64,000 bases of DNA from Candidatus Raskinella chloraquaticus (GCA_002365175.1 DEZK01000007.1:890-64889); one strand, 5' to 3'. Shown: positions 28,791-38,729, counted from the first letter of the stretch. Numbers and translations: made by a program. The notes: a model not told the origin generated them from the letters alone.

Positions 28791-29105
28791 ATGACCCATC
28801 CTCCCGGCACCGCCCCCTCTTATCCCCATGCCCTGCAAGAATTTCGCCACGGTCGCATGCGTGCCCTGCGAGAGGCGGATCATTCGCTCGCGCACGCCCC
28901 GATTGGCCAGCAACGACACGACATGGTGCTGGCCGGGCTCTCCCTGGTGCAATTACGTGCGATTCGGATCAGGCTCACCCGCGCCGCGCGCGCTGAGGCA
29001 AGCCGGGGCAAGATCGACCATCGAAGCTATGATCTGGCCCGTCATGCCCGGCTTATCCAGCAGGTGCGACAGGTGATGGATGAAATATCCCTGCGCGAGA
29101 AATGA
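28791..29105 (+). CDS. Small hypothetical protein divergent from the HTH/DUF6456 pair
   Basis: The ORF has codon-usage-like GC. The start is ambiguous (TTG 28773, GTG 28785, ATG 28791). I do not recognise the family. Confidence 0.4.
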   Translation: MTHPPGTAPSYPHALQEFRHGRMRALREADHSLAHAPIGQQRHDMVLAGLSLVQLRAIRIRLTRAARAEASRGKIDHRSYDLARHARLIQQVRQVMDEISLREK

Positions 29106-29148
29106 CACGCCGCGTCACCGCTCTCGCACGGCGCTGGACTTCGATGGC

Positions 29149-29179
29149 ATAAAAAAGGGGCTGCCGAAACAACCCCTTG
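29149..29179 (-). terminator. Rho-independent terminator of mucR
   Basis: The minus strand reads GGGGUUG-UUUCGG-CAGCCCC followed by UUUUUUAU, about 27 nt after the mucR stop. Confidence 0.75.
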
Positions 29180-29205
29180 TCAATCTTCGTCTGACCAAGA
29201 AGCGG

Positions 29206-29625
29206 TCAGCGCGAGCGTTTACGGCGCTGCTGGCCAAGGCCCATTTTCTTCGCCAGCTGCGAGCGCGCCTGAGCATAGTTTGGCGCCACCATCGGGTAAT
29301 CGCTCGGCAGCCCCCACTTCTCGCGATATTGTTCCGGCGAGAGATTATAGTGAGTGCGCAGATGGCGCTTCAACGATTTGAATTTCTTCCCGTCTTCCAG
29401 GCAGATGATGTAATCGGCGGTGATTGATTTCTTCAACGAAACCGCCGGCTTCAGCGGCTCCGTCGACACAGGCGATTCGCCGGTCGTCGTGCGCCGAAGG
29501 GCCGCATACACATCGCCGATCAGCCCGGTAAGGTCGGATGGCGACAGCGGATTCTTGCTTACATAAGCAGAAACAATATCCGCCGCGAGTTCAATCAATG
29601 TTTCATTCGAGGTTGCTTCAGTCAT
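29206..29625 (-). CDS. mucR: MucR/Ros family transcriptional regulator
   Basis: Contains ..LAADIVSAYVSKN.., ..CLEDGKKFKSLKRHLRTHYNLSPEQYREKWGLPSDYPMVAPNYAQARSQLAKKMGLGQ. Confidence 0.93.
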   Translation of the reverse strand: MTEATSNETLIELAADIVSAYVSKNPLSPSDLTGLIGDVYAALRRTTTGESPVSTEPLKPAVSLKKSITADYIICLEDGKKFKSLKRHLRTHYNLSPEQYREKWGLPSDYPMVAPNYAQARSQLAKKMGLGQQRRKRSR

Positions 29626-30043
29626 AATTTCCGTTCTTTTCGTTCAAAGTTACATGGTTTGATTCGAAATTTGGCCTACTCACATTCAAGCAAAAAATTA
29701 CCTGACATGTCCTGCGCAGATCACCGATCGCGAACGCACTCCAAATATCTCAGTAGTGTCAGATACACCAAGAAATCATGAGGTTCAAGTACAACCACGC
29801 TAATACAGCGTTGCATTTTTCATCCTCGAACAGGTCACGAGAGCACGTTACTTTCGAAATGGCATGAAATTGCGTATTTTTGTCCATGAACTGAACTCAT
29901 ACTTGGCCGTTGCGAATAATCGGTGGACAGCTGATCCGCGCGCCGGCATGGCGTATTGTGCACGAAACGGTGAAGCGGCGGGGAGGTTGTCGTCTCCGGT
30001 TCCGCCGCTTACATTCCGGTGGCTCGGTCAAAAGGGGGCATAA

Positions 30044-30463
30044 ATGATGACGACGAAAACCTTGATCAGAAAAAGCGACAGCGAATGGCGGGCGCAACTG
30101 ACGCCCTCTCAATATGAAATCACGCGCATGCATGGCACGGAGCGCCCCTTCACCGGCCCCTATTGGGACGAGAAGAAGGCCGGCACCTATGCCTGCGTCT
30201 GCTGCAACGAGGCGCTTTTTGATTCGGCGACAAAGTTCGATTCGGGCACCGGCTGGCCAAGCTATTGGCAGCCGGTTGAAACCGGAGCGATCCGGGAATT
30301 TTCGGATAATTCCTGGCTGATGCGGCGCACCGAGGTGCGTTGTGCAGCGTGCGATGCCCATCTCGGCCATGTGTTCCCGGATGGTCCGAAGCCGACCGGC
30401 CTTCGCTATTGCATTAACGGTACCGCGTTGACGTTTGCGCCGCGCGAGGGGAGTAAAACGTGA
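30044..30463 (+). CDS. msrB: Peptide-methionine (R)-S-oxide reductase
   Basis: Contains ..[65 protein letters not shown].. Confidence 0.93.
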   Translation: MMTTKTLIRKSDSEWRAQLTPSQYEITRMHGTERPFTGPYWDEKKAGTYACVCCNEALFDSATKFDSGTGWPSYWQPVETGAIREFSDNSWLMRRTEVRCAACDAHLGHVFPDGPKPTGLRYCINGTALTFAPREGSKT

Positions 30464-32598
30464 GCGCAGACGGCGGCGGGAATTTGTTGCCGCCGCGCGC
30501 CGCCAAACGGCCGGTGCGTCGAACCATTCACGGCGTCGAGCTGACAGACGACTACGCATGGCTGCGCGCCGAGAATTGGCGCGACGTGATGCGTACGCCG
30601 CGCCGTTTGTCGGCCGAGATCAGCAGCCATCTCAAGGCTGAAAATGCCTATACGAAGAACCATATCAAGCCGCTCGACGGGTTGCGGCGCCGCCTCTATG
30701 GCGAAATGCGGGGACGGATCAGGGAAGATGATTCGTCCGTGCCACTGCCTGACGGTCCCTGGCTCTATTATCAGCGCTATCGCGAAGGCGGCGAGCACAA
30801 GCTGATCTGCAGGCGGGCTCATGACGAGGGCACGGAAATCATCCTGCTCGACTGCGACGCGATCGCAGCCAAGACACCCTATTTCGATCTGACCGGAACA
30901 TCACGCAGCCGCGACCATCGCTTTCTGGCGTGGGGGAGTGATGACAAGGGATCGGAATTATCCACCATCCGCATTCGCGATCTGGCAAGTGGACACGACC
31001 TCGACGACGCCATTCCGGAGACATCAGGGGATGCGGTGTGGACGGCCGATGGCAGCGCTTTCTATTACGTCAAGCTCGATGCTGAATTGCGCCCCAGGCA
31101 GGTTTTTCGCCATAGGCTCGGCACGCCTGTATCAAGCGATACGCTCATTCACGAAGAACAGGATAGCGGACTTTTTGTCACCATCAACGAGACGCAATCA
31201 GGCGCCTTCGGCACCATCGATATTCATGATCAGGTGACGAGCGAAGTCTATCTGCTCGATCTCAGCGATCATCAGGCAGACAAGCGGCTGATTGCGCCGC
31301 GGCGCCGTGATGTCGCCTACAGCGTCGAGCATCATGGCGAGCGGCTGATCATCTGCACCAATCGCGACGAGGCCATCGACTTCAAACTGGTCGAGGCCCC
31401 GCTCGCCGATCCGTCACCTGACAATTGGCGGGAACTGGTTGCCCATCGCCCCGGCTGCTACATTCTGGCGCATACGGCCTATCGTGATTTCCTGGTGCGG
31501 CTGGAGCGCGAGGACGGCTTGCCGCGGATCGTGGTGCGCCATTGGGGCAGCGGCGAGGAACACAGTCTCAGCTTTGACGAGGAAGCCTATTCTCTCCTCT
31601 ATCAGCCTGGATACGAGTTTGCGACGACATCGTTGCGGTTCGTCTATTCCTCATTGACGACGCCTGCTGAAACCTTCGACTATGACATGGCAAGCCGGAA
31701 GCGGATTTTCCGCAAGCGCCAGGATGTGCCCTCGGGCCATGATCCCCGGCACTATGTGACGCGCCGCCTGCAGGCGTCAGCCCATGACGGTGAAAGAGTC
31801 CCGGTCTCACTGCTCATGCGCGCCGATACCAAACTGGACGGGTCGTCGCCCGTGCTTCTCTATGGCTACGGGTCGTATGGTCATGCGCTTGGCTCAAGCT
31901 TCCGCCCCAGCATCCTGTCGCTGGTTGATCGTGGCATGATCTATGCCATCGCCCATATCCGGGGCGGCACCGAAAAAGGCCGGCGCTGGTATCTTGATGG
32001 CAAGCTGAAAAAGAAGACGAACACCTTCAAGGATTTCATATCGGCTGGCGAAGCACTGATTGCCGAAGGCTACACCTCGAAGGGCCGGATCGTCGGCCAT
32101 GGCGGTTCAGCCGGCGGCATGCTGATGGGAGCCGTCGTCAATATGCGGCCCGACCTTTTCGCCGCCATCATCGCCGAAGTGCCGTTCGTCGATGTCATCA
32201 ATACGATGCTCGATCCGACCCTGCCGCTGACGCCACCCGAATGGCCTGAATGGGGTAATCCCATTGATGATCCGGAGGCCCTGCGCGCCATGCTGGCGTA
32301 TTCGCCCTATGACAATGTGCGCGCTCAGCCTTATCCGGCTATTCTTGCCATGGGCGGATTGACCGATCCGCGGGTCACCTATTGGGAACCGACGAAGTGG
32401 GTGGCGCGGCTGCGGGAGCATACCACCGGCACCGCCCCCATCCTGCTTGATATCAACATGACAGCAGGACACGCCGGTGCCTCGGGAAGGCTCTCCGGTC
32501 TGAAGGAGATCGCCAAGGTGTATGCTTTCGCGCTTGCCTGCGCCGGGCTTGCCAGCAAACGGATACGTCGGCCAGCGACGACAGCAGCTGCGGCATGA
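30460..32598 (+). CDS. ptrB: S9 family serine peptidase, oligopeptidase B-like
   Basis: N-terminal ..[13 protein letters not shown].., the catalytic region ..[10 protein letters not shown].., and a length of 712 aa. Confidence 0.88.
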   Translation: MSADGGGNLLPPRAAKRPVRRTIHGVELTDDYAWLRAENWRDVMRTPRRLSAEISSHLKAENAYTKNHIKPLDGLRRRLYGEMRGRIREDDSSVPLPDGPWLYYQRYREGGEHKLICRRAHDEGTEIILLDCDAIAAKTPYFDLTGTSRSRDHRFLAWGSDDKGSELSTIRIRDLASGHDLDDAIPETSGDAVWTADGSAFYYVKLDAELRPRQVFRHRLGTPVSSDTLIHEEQDSGLFVTINETQSGAFGTIDIHDQVTSEVYLLDLSDHQADKRLIAPRRRDVAYSVEHHGERLIICTNRDEAIDFKLVEAPLADPSPDNWRELVAHRPGCYILAHTAYRDFLVRLEREDGLPRIVVRHWGSGEEHSLSFDEEAYSLLYQPGYEFATTSLRFVYSSLTTPAETFDYDMASRKRIFRKRQDVPSGHDPRHYVTRRLQASAHDGERVPVSLLMRADTKLDGSSPVLLYGYGSYGHALGSSFRPSILSLVDRGMIYAIAHIRGGTEKGRRWYLDGKLKKKTNTFKDFISAGEALIAEGYTSKGRIVGHGGSAGGMLMGAVVNMRPDLFAAIIAEVPFVDVINTMLDPTLPLTPPEWPEWGNPIDDPEALRAMLAYSPYDNVRAQPYPAILAMGGLTDPRVTYWEPTKWVARLREHTTGTAPILLDINMTAGHAGASGRLSGLKEIAKVYAFALACAGLASKRIRRPATTAAAA

Positions 32599-33155
32599 AA
32601 GATCAACGCTTTACGCCGCAGCGCTCGCTGCTGGTGATGATTGATATGCAGCAACGCCTGATGCCGGCTATCGAACACGGGCAGCGGCTTGTCGATCAGG
32701 CGTGCCGGCTGATGAAGGCAGCGCAATTGCTGGACATACCGGTCATCCTGGTTGAGGAAAATCCCGCAGGACTTGGCGCCACCGAAGAGCGCATCCGGCG
32801 GGCGGCGCCACAAGCGCCCGTCATCGTCAAAATGGCGTTTGGCGCGGGCGATGAAGCGGCGGTTCTTGAGGAATTCGAGAAGAGACGGGCGGCTGGACGC
32901 GACCAGCTCGTGCTGGCTGGGGCTGAAGCGCATGTCTGCGTCCTGCAAAGTGCCCTTGGACTTGCCGCGCGCGGTTATCATGTCGGTGTTGTGAGCGATT
33001 GCATCGGCTCGCGTCGGGCCCATGACCGTGAGGTGGCCATCGCGCGCATGACCGGCGCAGGGGTGAGCGTGCTTACCAGGGAAATGATCGTTTTTGAATG
33101 GCTGGCAAGTGCGGCTCACCCCCAGTTCAAGGCGATCCTCGATACGGTTCGTTGA
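32595..33155 (+). CDS. Isochorismatase-family hydrolase
   Basis: Has ..LLVMIDMQQRL.. and ..LVLAGAEAHVCVLQSAL.. motifs, and an ATGA overlap with ptrB. Confidence 0.85.
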   Translation: MKDQRFTPQRSLLVMIDMQQRLMPAIEHGQRLVDQACRLMKAAQLLDIPVILVEENPAGLGATEERIRRAAPQAPVIVKMAFGAGDEAAVLEEFEKRRAAGRDQLVLAGAEAHVCVLQSALGLAARGYHVGVVSDCIGSRRAHDREVAIARMTGAGVSVLTREMIVFEWLASAAHPQFKAILDTVR

Positions 33156-33341
33156 ATCGGCGAGAGGCTGCCTGAATCACTGCTTTTCCCATCATCCCGT
33201 TGCAATATATGAATTATTCATTTGAACAAAATGCCCTGCTGAACATAATAAGGGCTAGCGAAACGCCGTCCCGATAGGCTAAGGTTTAGCCATTCGCACT
33301 CAGTGCCGCACTGCCTTAGCCGATCATGAAAGGGTCCGCTC

Positions 33342-33944
33342 ATGTCTTTCGAACTGCCCCCGCTTCCCTACGCCTATGATGCCCTGCAGCCTTATATGTC
33401 GAAGGAAACGCTCGAGTTTCATCACGACAAGCACCACATGGCCTATGTCACCAACGGCAATAACCTCGCCAAGGGGAGCGAATTTGAGGGCAAGCCGCTC
33501 GAATGGGTGGTGCAGAATTCCTTCGGCAAGAACGCCGGCCTCTTCAACAACGCCGGTCAGCATTACAACCACGTCCATTTCTGGCAGTGGATGAAGCCCA
33601 ATGGCGGTGGCGACAAGCTGCCGGGCAAGCTTGAAAAGCACATCGTTAGCGACCTCGGCTCGGTTGCCAAGATGAAGGAAGATTTCATCCAGGCCGGGAC
33701 CACGCAGTTCGGTTCGGGCTGGTGCTGGCTTGCGGTCAAGGATGGCAAGATCATCGTGACCAAGACCGCAAATGGCGAAAGCCCGCTGGTGCACGGCGCC
33801 CAGCCGATCCTCGGCTGCGATGTATGGGAGCATTCGTACTATATCGACTACCGCAACCGGCGCCCTGATTACCTGAAAGCCTTTGTCGAGCACATGGTGA
33901 ATTGGGATTACGTTGAGATGATGTATGGCAAGGCGATTGGCTGA
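33342..33944 (+). CDS. sodB: Fe/Mn superoxide dismutase
   Basis: MSFELPPLPYAYDALQPYMSKETLEFHHDKHH.. and ..DVWEHSYYIDYRNRRPDY.. Confidence 0.95.
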   Translation: MSFELPPLPYAYDALQPYMSKETLEFHHDKHHMAYVTNGNNLAKGSEFEGKPLEWVVQNSFGKNAGLFNNAGQHYNHVHFWQWMKPNGGGDKLPGKLEKHIVSDLGSVAKMKEDFIQAGTTQFGSGWCWLAVKDGKIIVTKTANGESPLVHGAQPILGCDVWEHSYYIDYRNRRPDYLKAFVEHMVNWDYVEMMYGKAIG

Positions 33945-33975
33945 TTTTTGCCATTTTGCCACTTTAGGTAAATAA

Positions 33976-34013
33976 GTGCTGGTCGGTTCAGGAATGTGGT
34001 TCTCGACCAGCAC
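33976..34013 (+). terminator. Perfect 10-bp stem hairpin downstream of sodB (possible terminator, no U-tract)
   Basis: GTGCTGGTCG (33976-33985) pairs with CGACCAGCAC (34004-34013), separated by an 18-nt loop. Confidence 0.4.
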
Positions 34014-34057
34014 ATAACAGGGCGGGGTTGGCTGGAAAGCGGCGGGAGCGATTGGCG

Positions 34058-34654
34058 ATGCAAAATGATCGGGTCCTCAGGGATTGTATTGTCGGGGTTG
34101 AACGAGCGCTGTCCAGCACGCAGTTGATAGCGATAGCCGCCCGAGCCGTCGCGTCTGGCACGTTGCTGATGGTGGCAGCAGCCAACCCTGTTTTTGCCCA
34201 GACGGTCCCGGCGCCGACGGTCCTGGCTCCGACGGTCCTGGCTCCGGCGGTCCCGCAGGTGGCAACGCCTGCTCCACCAACGCCGCCATCGCCGCCGAAG
34301 GCGAGGGCAAAAGCGAAAACTGAACCGAATGCGCAGGCGGGCACGTCGGCGGTGCCAGGCGCGCCTCCTGCCGCTCGCAACCAGAACGCTGCAAAGGTAA
34401 ATGGCAGCGCTGCAAAGGCAGGCGGTGGTGGGCTCAACCTCGATCTGAGGGCGCAGGAACCGGAGAAGAAGCCGGCACAAAAGGGCGTGGCGGACAGCCC
34501 TGGCACCTTTGCGGCCAGCGGACCTTATGCGTCACAGGCGCTGATCAATCGCGTGACGGGCAAAATCAAGCAGGGTGAATTGCCAAAAGCGCCGATCAGC
34601 TTGGGTGGTGCTGGCTCGTCAGACCAGAATGTCGGGCCGATCTGGGCGCGTTGA
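34058..34654 (+). CDS. Secreted Pro/Ala-rich repeat protein (hypothetical)
   Basis: Signal-like ..LIAIAARAVASGTLLMVAAANPVFAQ, then VPAPTVLAPTVLAPAVPQ.. Long antisense ORFs cover the same DNA, so the coding call is tentative. Confidence 0.4.
   Translation: MQNDRVLRDCIVGVERALSSTQLIAIAARAVASGTLLMVAAANPVFAQTVPAPTVLAPTVLAPAVPQVATPAPPTPPSPPKARAKAKTEPNAQAGTSAVPGAPPAARNQNAAKVNGSAAKAGGGGLNLDLRAQEPEKKPAQKGVADSPGTFAASGPYASQALINRVTGKIKQGELPKAPISLGGAGSSDQNVGPIWAR
34201..34260 (+). repeat. 15-nt tandem repeat, about 4 copies
   Basis: gacggtcccggcgcc / gacggtcctggctcc / gacggtcctggctcc / ggcggtcccgcaggt. Confidence 0.8.
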
Positions 34655-34663
34655 TGCAAGAGA

Positions 34664-35545
34664 TCAAGCGATTGCCGCCAGCCTGGTGAAGCGATCGATC
34701 CTTAGATTTTCACGCTCCAGCAACTGAACGAAATCATCGCTGGCGAGATAATCCGCTTCTCGTTGTCGCGCAGCGGTGATCGGATCGGCAACCTCGGCTG
34801 ACGCGTCGCGATCACCGGGGTGACACATGACGAGAGGGCGCGCGCCGAGATGGCGGACAAAGGACGAAAAAACGTCCGGCAGCCTGCCCGCCGCCGAAAA
34901 GTCATAGATACCAGAAAAACCTGCATTGACCGGGACCCCACGCGCTGAAGCCGCAGGCGCCATGCCTTTCGTCAGCATCGCAATCGACAGCGCTTTGGCA
35001 AGAGCAGTCCGCCGCGCCACGATGCGACCCCATTTTTCGCCAGGTACACGCACCGGCAACGGATCGCCGGGCCGAAGCGCAACGGCAAGGTCTGCTGTGA
35101 TGGTGCATATCCCCGGCAGAGCATGCGCGTGTTGATGGCCGTCGATGAAATCGGGAAGGCGGCCGGTTGCCTTTAGAAAAGCATCCGCCTGACGAAACGC
35201 CTCGTCACGCACTTCCTGCAAGGGCAAACGATGGCTCAGCGCCATCAAGATCAGACGATTTATGCCTGGAAACCTGCCGGCTGGCGCCAAAGCTCTTGCC
35301 GAAGCCAAGGGCTTGCCCTCGACAAAATCAAGGTGAAGGCCGACATCCACTTGAGCAGCGAGCCCGTCGATCTCAGCACCTGCCCGCGCCCAGTCCGGAA
35401 AGGTCACGAGCGCGCTGGTGGCGCTGAGACGCCCGCGCTCTGCCAGACGGCGGATGGCGGTGCTGACGCCCGGTCGATAGCCGTAATCGTCGGCACAAAG
35501 CGCAATCAGTCCGGGTGTCGCGGGCAACGGATTTATGTTGGTCAT
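34664..35545 (-). CDS. ChbG/HpnK (YdjC) family carbohydrate deacetylase
   Basis: Contains ..LIALCADDYGYRPGVSTAIRRLAERGRLSATSALV.. and ..IDGHQHAH.. Confidence 0.85.
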   Translation of the reverse strand: MTNINPLPATPGLIALCADDYGYRPGVSTAIRRLAERGRLSATSALVTFPDWARAGAEIDGLAAQVDVGLHLDFVEGKPLASARALAPAGRFPGINRLILMALSHRLPLQEVRDEAFRQADAFLKATGRLPDFIDGHQHAHALPGICTITADLAVALRPGDPLPVRVPGEKWGRIVARRTALAKALSIAMLTKGMAPAASARGVPVNAGFSGIYDFSAAGRLPDVFSSFVRHLGARPLVMCHPGDRDASAEVADPITAARQREADYLASDDFVQLLERENLRIDRFTRLAAIA

Positions 35546-35614
35546 GGCTCCTCATGCTCCTTCACGACCCGTTCAGGCAAGCTTTTCTAGAACGCGCGTC
35601 ATTATGCGCTACAG

Positions 35615-36643
35615 GTGCTGGAACCCTCGATGACCATGGACCCCCGCTCCCTCCACGATATCAGCCAGCGACCGGAACTTTCGGTCGTGGTGCCGATGCA
35701 TAACGAAGCCGCCAATCTGGCGCCGCTTCTCGCGCGGCTCATTCCAGTCCTGCGATCGATCGATCAGCGCTTCGAAATTCTCTTTGTTGACGATGGCTCG
35801 CGTGATGACAGTTTCGAGCGTGTGCGGGCGGCCGCACTCACCGAGCCGCGCCTGCGTGCCATTGCGCTGTCACGCAATTTCGGCAAGGAAATTGCCATCG
35901 CCGCCGGGCTTGCCCATGCGCGCGGCAATGCCGTGATCCTGATGGATGGCGACCTCCAGCATCCGCCCGAAACCATCCGGGACTTCGTCGCAAAATGGCG
36001 GGATGGCTATCACATGGTCTACGGCGTTCGCCGTGATCGAGAAACCGACAGCGTTATGCGCCGCTGGTTCTCGGGTGGTTTCTACCGGCTGTTTGCCGCG
36101 CTCAGCCCCACGCAATTGCCGCGCGGCGCCGGCGATTTCCGCCTCATCGACCGCAAAGCGGTTGATGCTCTCAATACCATTCACGAGCGAACGCGGTTTA
36201 CCAAAGGCCTCTATTCATGGATCGGGTTCAAAGCCGTCGGTGTCGAGTTTGATGTCGAGGAACGCGCCGATGGCGGCGGCTCGAAATGGAATGCGCGCCG
36301 GCTGTTTTCCTTCGCGCTTGATGGCATTACCGCGTTCTCGACCCTGCCGCTTCGGGTATGGACCTACATCGGCACGGTGGTGTCGATGCTGGCGCTGCTG
36401 CTTGCCCTTTATTTTGTCGCCGAGACGCTGATCTGGGGCGTTGCCGTTCCCGGCTTTCCATCATTGATCGTGTCGGTGATGTTTTTTGCTGGTGTACAGC
36501 TCATCACACTTGGCGTGCTTGGCGAATATATCGGCCGCATCTTTGTCGAAGTGAAGCGACGGCCCCTCTATATCGTCGCTGAAGAAATAGGTCAGGTGAG
36601 CGCCACGTCGCCGCTGTCAGATCAAGTCGAAGCGAACTCGTAA
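35615..36643 (+). CDS. Family 2 glycosyltransferase (polyprenol-phosphate glycosyltransferase, ArnC/DPM1-like)
   Basis: Contains ..LSVVVPMHNEAANL..ILFVDDGSRDDS..VILMDGDLQHPPE.., plus two C-terminal TM helices. Alternative ATG starts are at 35630 and 35636. Confidence 0.88.
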   Translation: MLEPSMTMDPRSLHDISQRPELSVVVPMHNEAANLAPLLARLIPVLRSIDQRFEILFVDDGSRDDSFERVRAAALTEPRLRAIALSRNFGKEIAIAAGLAHARGNAVILMDGDLQHPPETIRDFVAKWRDGYHMVYGVRRDRETDSVMRRWFSGGFYRLFAALSPTQLPRGAGDFRLIDRKAVDALNTIHERTRFTKGLYSWIGFKAVGVEFDVEERADGGGSKWNARRLFSFALDGITAFSTLPLRVWTYIGTVVSMLALLLALYFVAETLIWGVAVPGFPSLIVSVMFFAGVQLITLGVLGEYIGRIFVEVKRRPLYIVAEEIGQVSATSPLSDQVEANS

Positions 36644-36649
36644 TCCGGT

Positions 36650-37501
36650 TCAAACAGCGATATTGTCAATGAGGCGGGTTGCCCCGATCCTGGCGGCGAC
36701 CAGCACGCGTGTCGGCTGTTCAATCGTGGTGGCGGGTAGCAGGGTATCAGCCTGCCGCCATTCCAGATAATCGACCGAAAACCCGGATTTTTCCAGGATT
36801 GCCACACCTTCAGCCAGCACACGGCTGGCCTCATCACCCTGTCGCAGCCGCTCGGCGCATTGCGTCAGGGTGTGATAGATGAGCGGGGCCACCGCGCGCT
36901 CGGCTTCGCTCAAGTAGACGTTGCGCGACGACATGGCCAACCCATCAACCTCGCGAATGGTTGGTGCTGCGACCACGTTGACCGGTAATTCGAGGTCGCG
37001 AACCATCTGACGGATGACGCAGAGCTGCTGGAAATCCTTTTCACCGAAAACGGCAAGATGCGGGGTGGTTTGCAAAAAAAGCTTGGCAACCACGGTGGCA
37101 ACGCCCTTGAAATGAGTTGGCCGAAAGCGATCCTCAAGGCCAGTCGTCGCTGGTCCTTCAAGCGAAATCGATGTCACGAAATCAGCCGGATAAATGTCGG
37201 CGACCGGCGGGCAATAAATCGCATCGACGGCGGTTCCAAGCTTCTCGCGATCCGCCTCAAGCGTGCGCGGATAGGCGCTGAAATCCTCACTGGGTGTGAA
37301 TTGGGCCGGGTTCACGAAGATCGAAACCAGCAGGCGATCGGCGCGCGCGGCAACGAGCCGAACCAGCGACAGATGTCCCTCGTGAAGCGCGCCCATGGTC
37401 GGCACCAGGGCAACGATCTGGTGCGATTCACGCCAGGCTGCCATGCGGGTGCGCAGCGCTGCGCGATCTGACAGAAGCTCAGCGCGCCGATGATGTGCCA
37501 T
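36650..37501 (-). CDS. panC: Pantoate--beta-alanine ligase
   Basis: Contains ..VALVPTMGALHEGHLSLVR.. Confidence 0.93.
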   Translation of the reverse strand: MAHHRRAELLSDRAALRTRMAAWRESHQIVALVPTMGALHEGHLSLVRLVAARADRLLVSIFVNPAQFTPSEDFSAYPRTLEADREKLGTAVDAIYCPPVADIYPADFVTSISLEGPATTGLEDRFRPTHFKGVATVVAKLFLQTTPHLAVFGEKDFQQLCVIRQMVRDLELPVNVVAAPTIREVDGLAMSSRNVYLSEAERAVAPLIYHTLTQCAERLRQGDEASRVLAEGVAILEKSGFSVDYLEWRQADTLLPATTIEQPTRVLVAARIGATRLIDNIAV

Positions 37502-37543
37502 AATCTCTGCCCGAAATTCTCTGACGTGTGGAGTTATTCAAAG

Positions 37544-37882
37544 TCATTGACCCTTGCGGCAATCCCCGCCAGCCTCGGCCAACTGATAGTCGAGCGCGAC
37601 CTCGGTCAGAAAACGTTCGCATTGCTGGATCGAGCGGAAGCAGGCACTGCCGGACCCGTTATAGGAGCTGCTGGCAAAACTGTTGCGCCCGCCAACCACA
37701 GCATAGCGACTGACCCAGACGCCATCGCGGCCCAATTGCTTGCGCAGCTGATCGCAATCCTCTGCCCCCGACAAGACCGCAATCGCATCAGGGGGGCGTT
37801 GCGTTTGCGCGGATGCCGGTCGTAACGCGTCAAGCGCAACGGCAGCGACCACAAGAACAAGCCAGCAAGAGAGATCACGCAT
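37544..37882 (-). CDS. Small secreted Cys-containing hypothetical protein
   Basis: MRDLSCWLVLVVAAVALDALRPASAQ.. is a signal peptide. The longer track ORF (to 38044) overlaps the aminotransferase gene. Confidence 0.45.
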   Translation of the reverse strand: MRDLSCWLVLVVAAVALDALRPASAQTQRPPDAIAVLSGAEDCDQLRKQLGRDGVWVSRYAVVGGRNSFASSSYNGSGSACFRSIQQCERFLTEVALDYQLAEAGGDCRKGQ

Positions 37883-38729
37883 GAGCAAATTCCCAATAAA
37901 GCGCGCGCGCCTTGCGGAACACCGGACCTGGTTGCAGCTGGCGATCATTGATGCGGGTGATCGGCTGGACCTTGCCGGCATTTCCGGTTGAGAAGATTTC
38001 GTCTGCGGCAAGAACCTCATCGGGTGTAACGATGCGCTCTTCAACCATCATTCCAGCCTCGCGCAGGAGCGCGATGACCCGCAATCGTGTTATGCCGGCG
38101 AGGAACGTTCCGTTCGCCGCAGGGGTGACTGCCACGCCATCCTTGACCAGCCACACATTGGCGGTGGCAAGCTCGGCGACGTTGCCGTCAGGATCAAGCA
38201 TGATGCCGTTGTCGAAGCCCCTCTGCCTGGCATAGGCAAGCGCGCGACCAGGATTAGGATAAAGGCAGCCCGCCTTGGCATCGACGGGCGCCATGTCCGC
38301 TCTTGGCCGGCGGAAGGGTGTGGTGGTGACTGAAAAACCGTTGGGCGCCGGCATGGGGGCAACGTAAATCGATACGGCAAAGCCGATATCGTCGGGATCG
38401 GCAAGTACGGCCGAGGGGCCGTTGCCCTCACCCCAATACATGGGCCGGATGTAAAGCTCGGCCTGTTTGTCGAACTTCTTCAACCCGTCCCTGACAATGC
38501 CGATGATGTCCTCGCCGGAATGGGTCGGGTTGAGGCCGAGCGCTTTGGCCGAAGCATTCACCCGGTTGCAGTGGCGATCAAGGTCAGGGGTGACACCTTC
38601 GAACGCGCGGGCACCGTCGAACACGGATGAGCCAAGCCAGGTCGCGTGCGAGCGCACGCCCATGATTGGCACATTTCCCTCGCGCCACTCGCCGTTTTGG
38701 AATGTCCAGGTTTGCGACCAATTGGCCAT
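37875..38729 (-). CDS. Class IV (branched-chain amino acid / D-amino acid) aminotransferase
   Basis: Contains ..HATWLGSSVFDGARAFEG..ELYIRPMYWG.. and ..GITRLRVIALLREAG.. Confidence 0.87.
   Translation of the reverse strand: MANWSQTWTFQNGEWREGNVPIMGVRSHATWLGSSVFDGARAFEGVTPDLDRHCNRVNASAKALGLNPTHSGEDIIGIVRDGLKKFDKQAELYIRPMYWGEGNGPSAVLADPDDIGFAVSIYVAPMPAPNGFSVTTTPFRRPRADMAPVDAKAGCLYPNPGRALAYARQRGFDNGIMLDPDGNVAELATANVWLVKDGVAVTPAANGTFLAGITRLRVIALLREAGMMVEERIVTPDEVLAADEIFSTGNAGKVQPITRINDRQLQPGPVFRKARALYWEFAHA

Noticed and set aside
33324-34013. 229-aa ORF antisense to sodB.
   Set aside because: sodB on the plus strand is unmistakable. The antisense frame has no recognisable features and is a common artefact.
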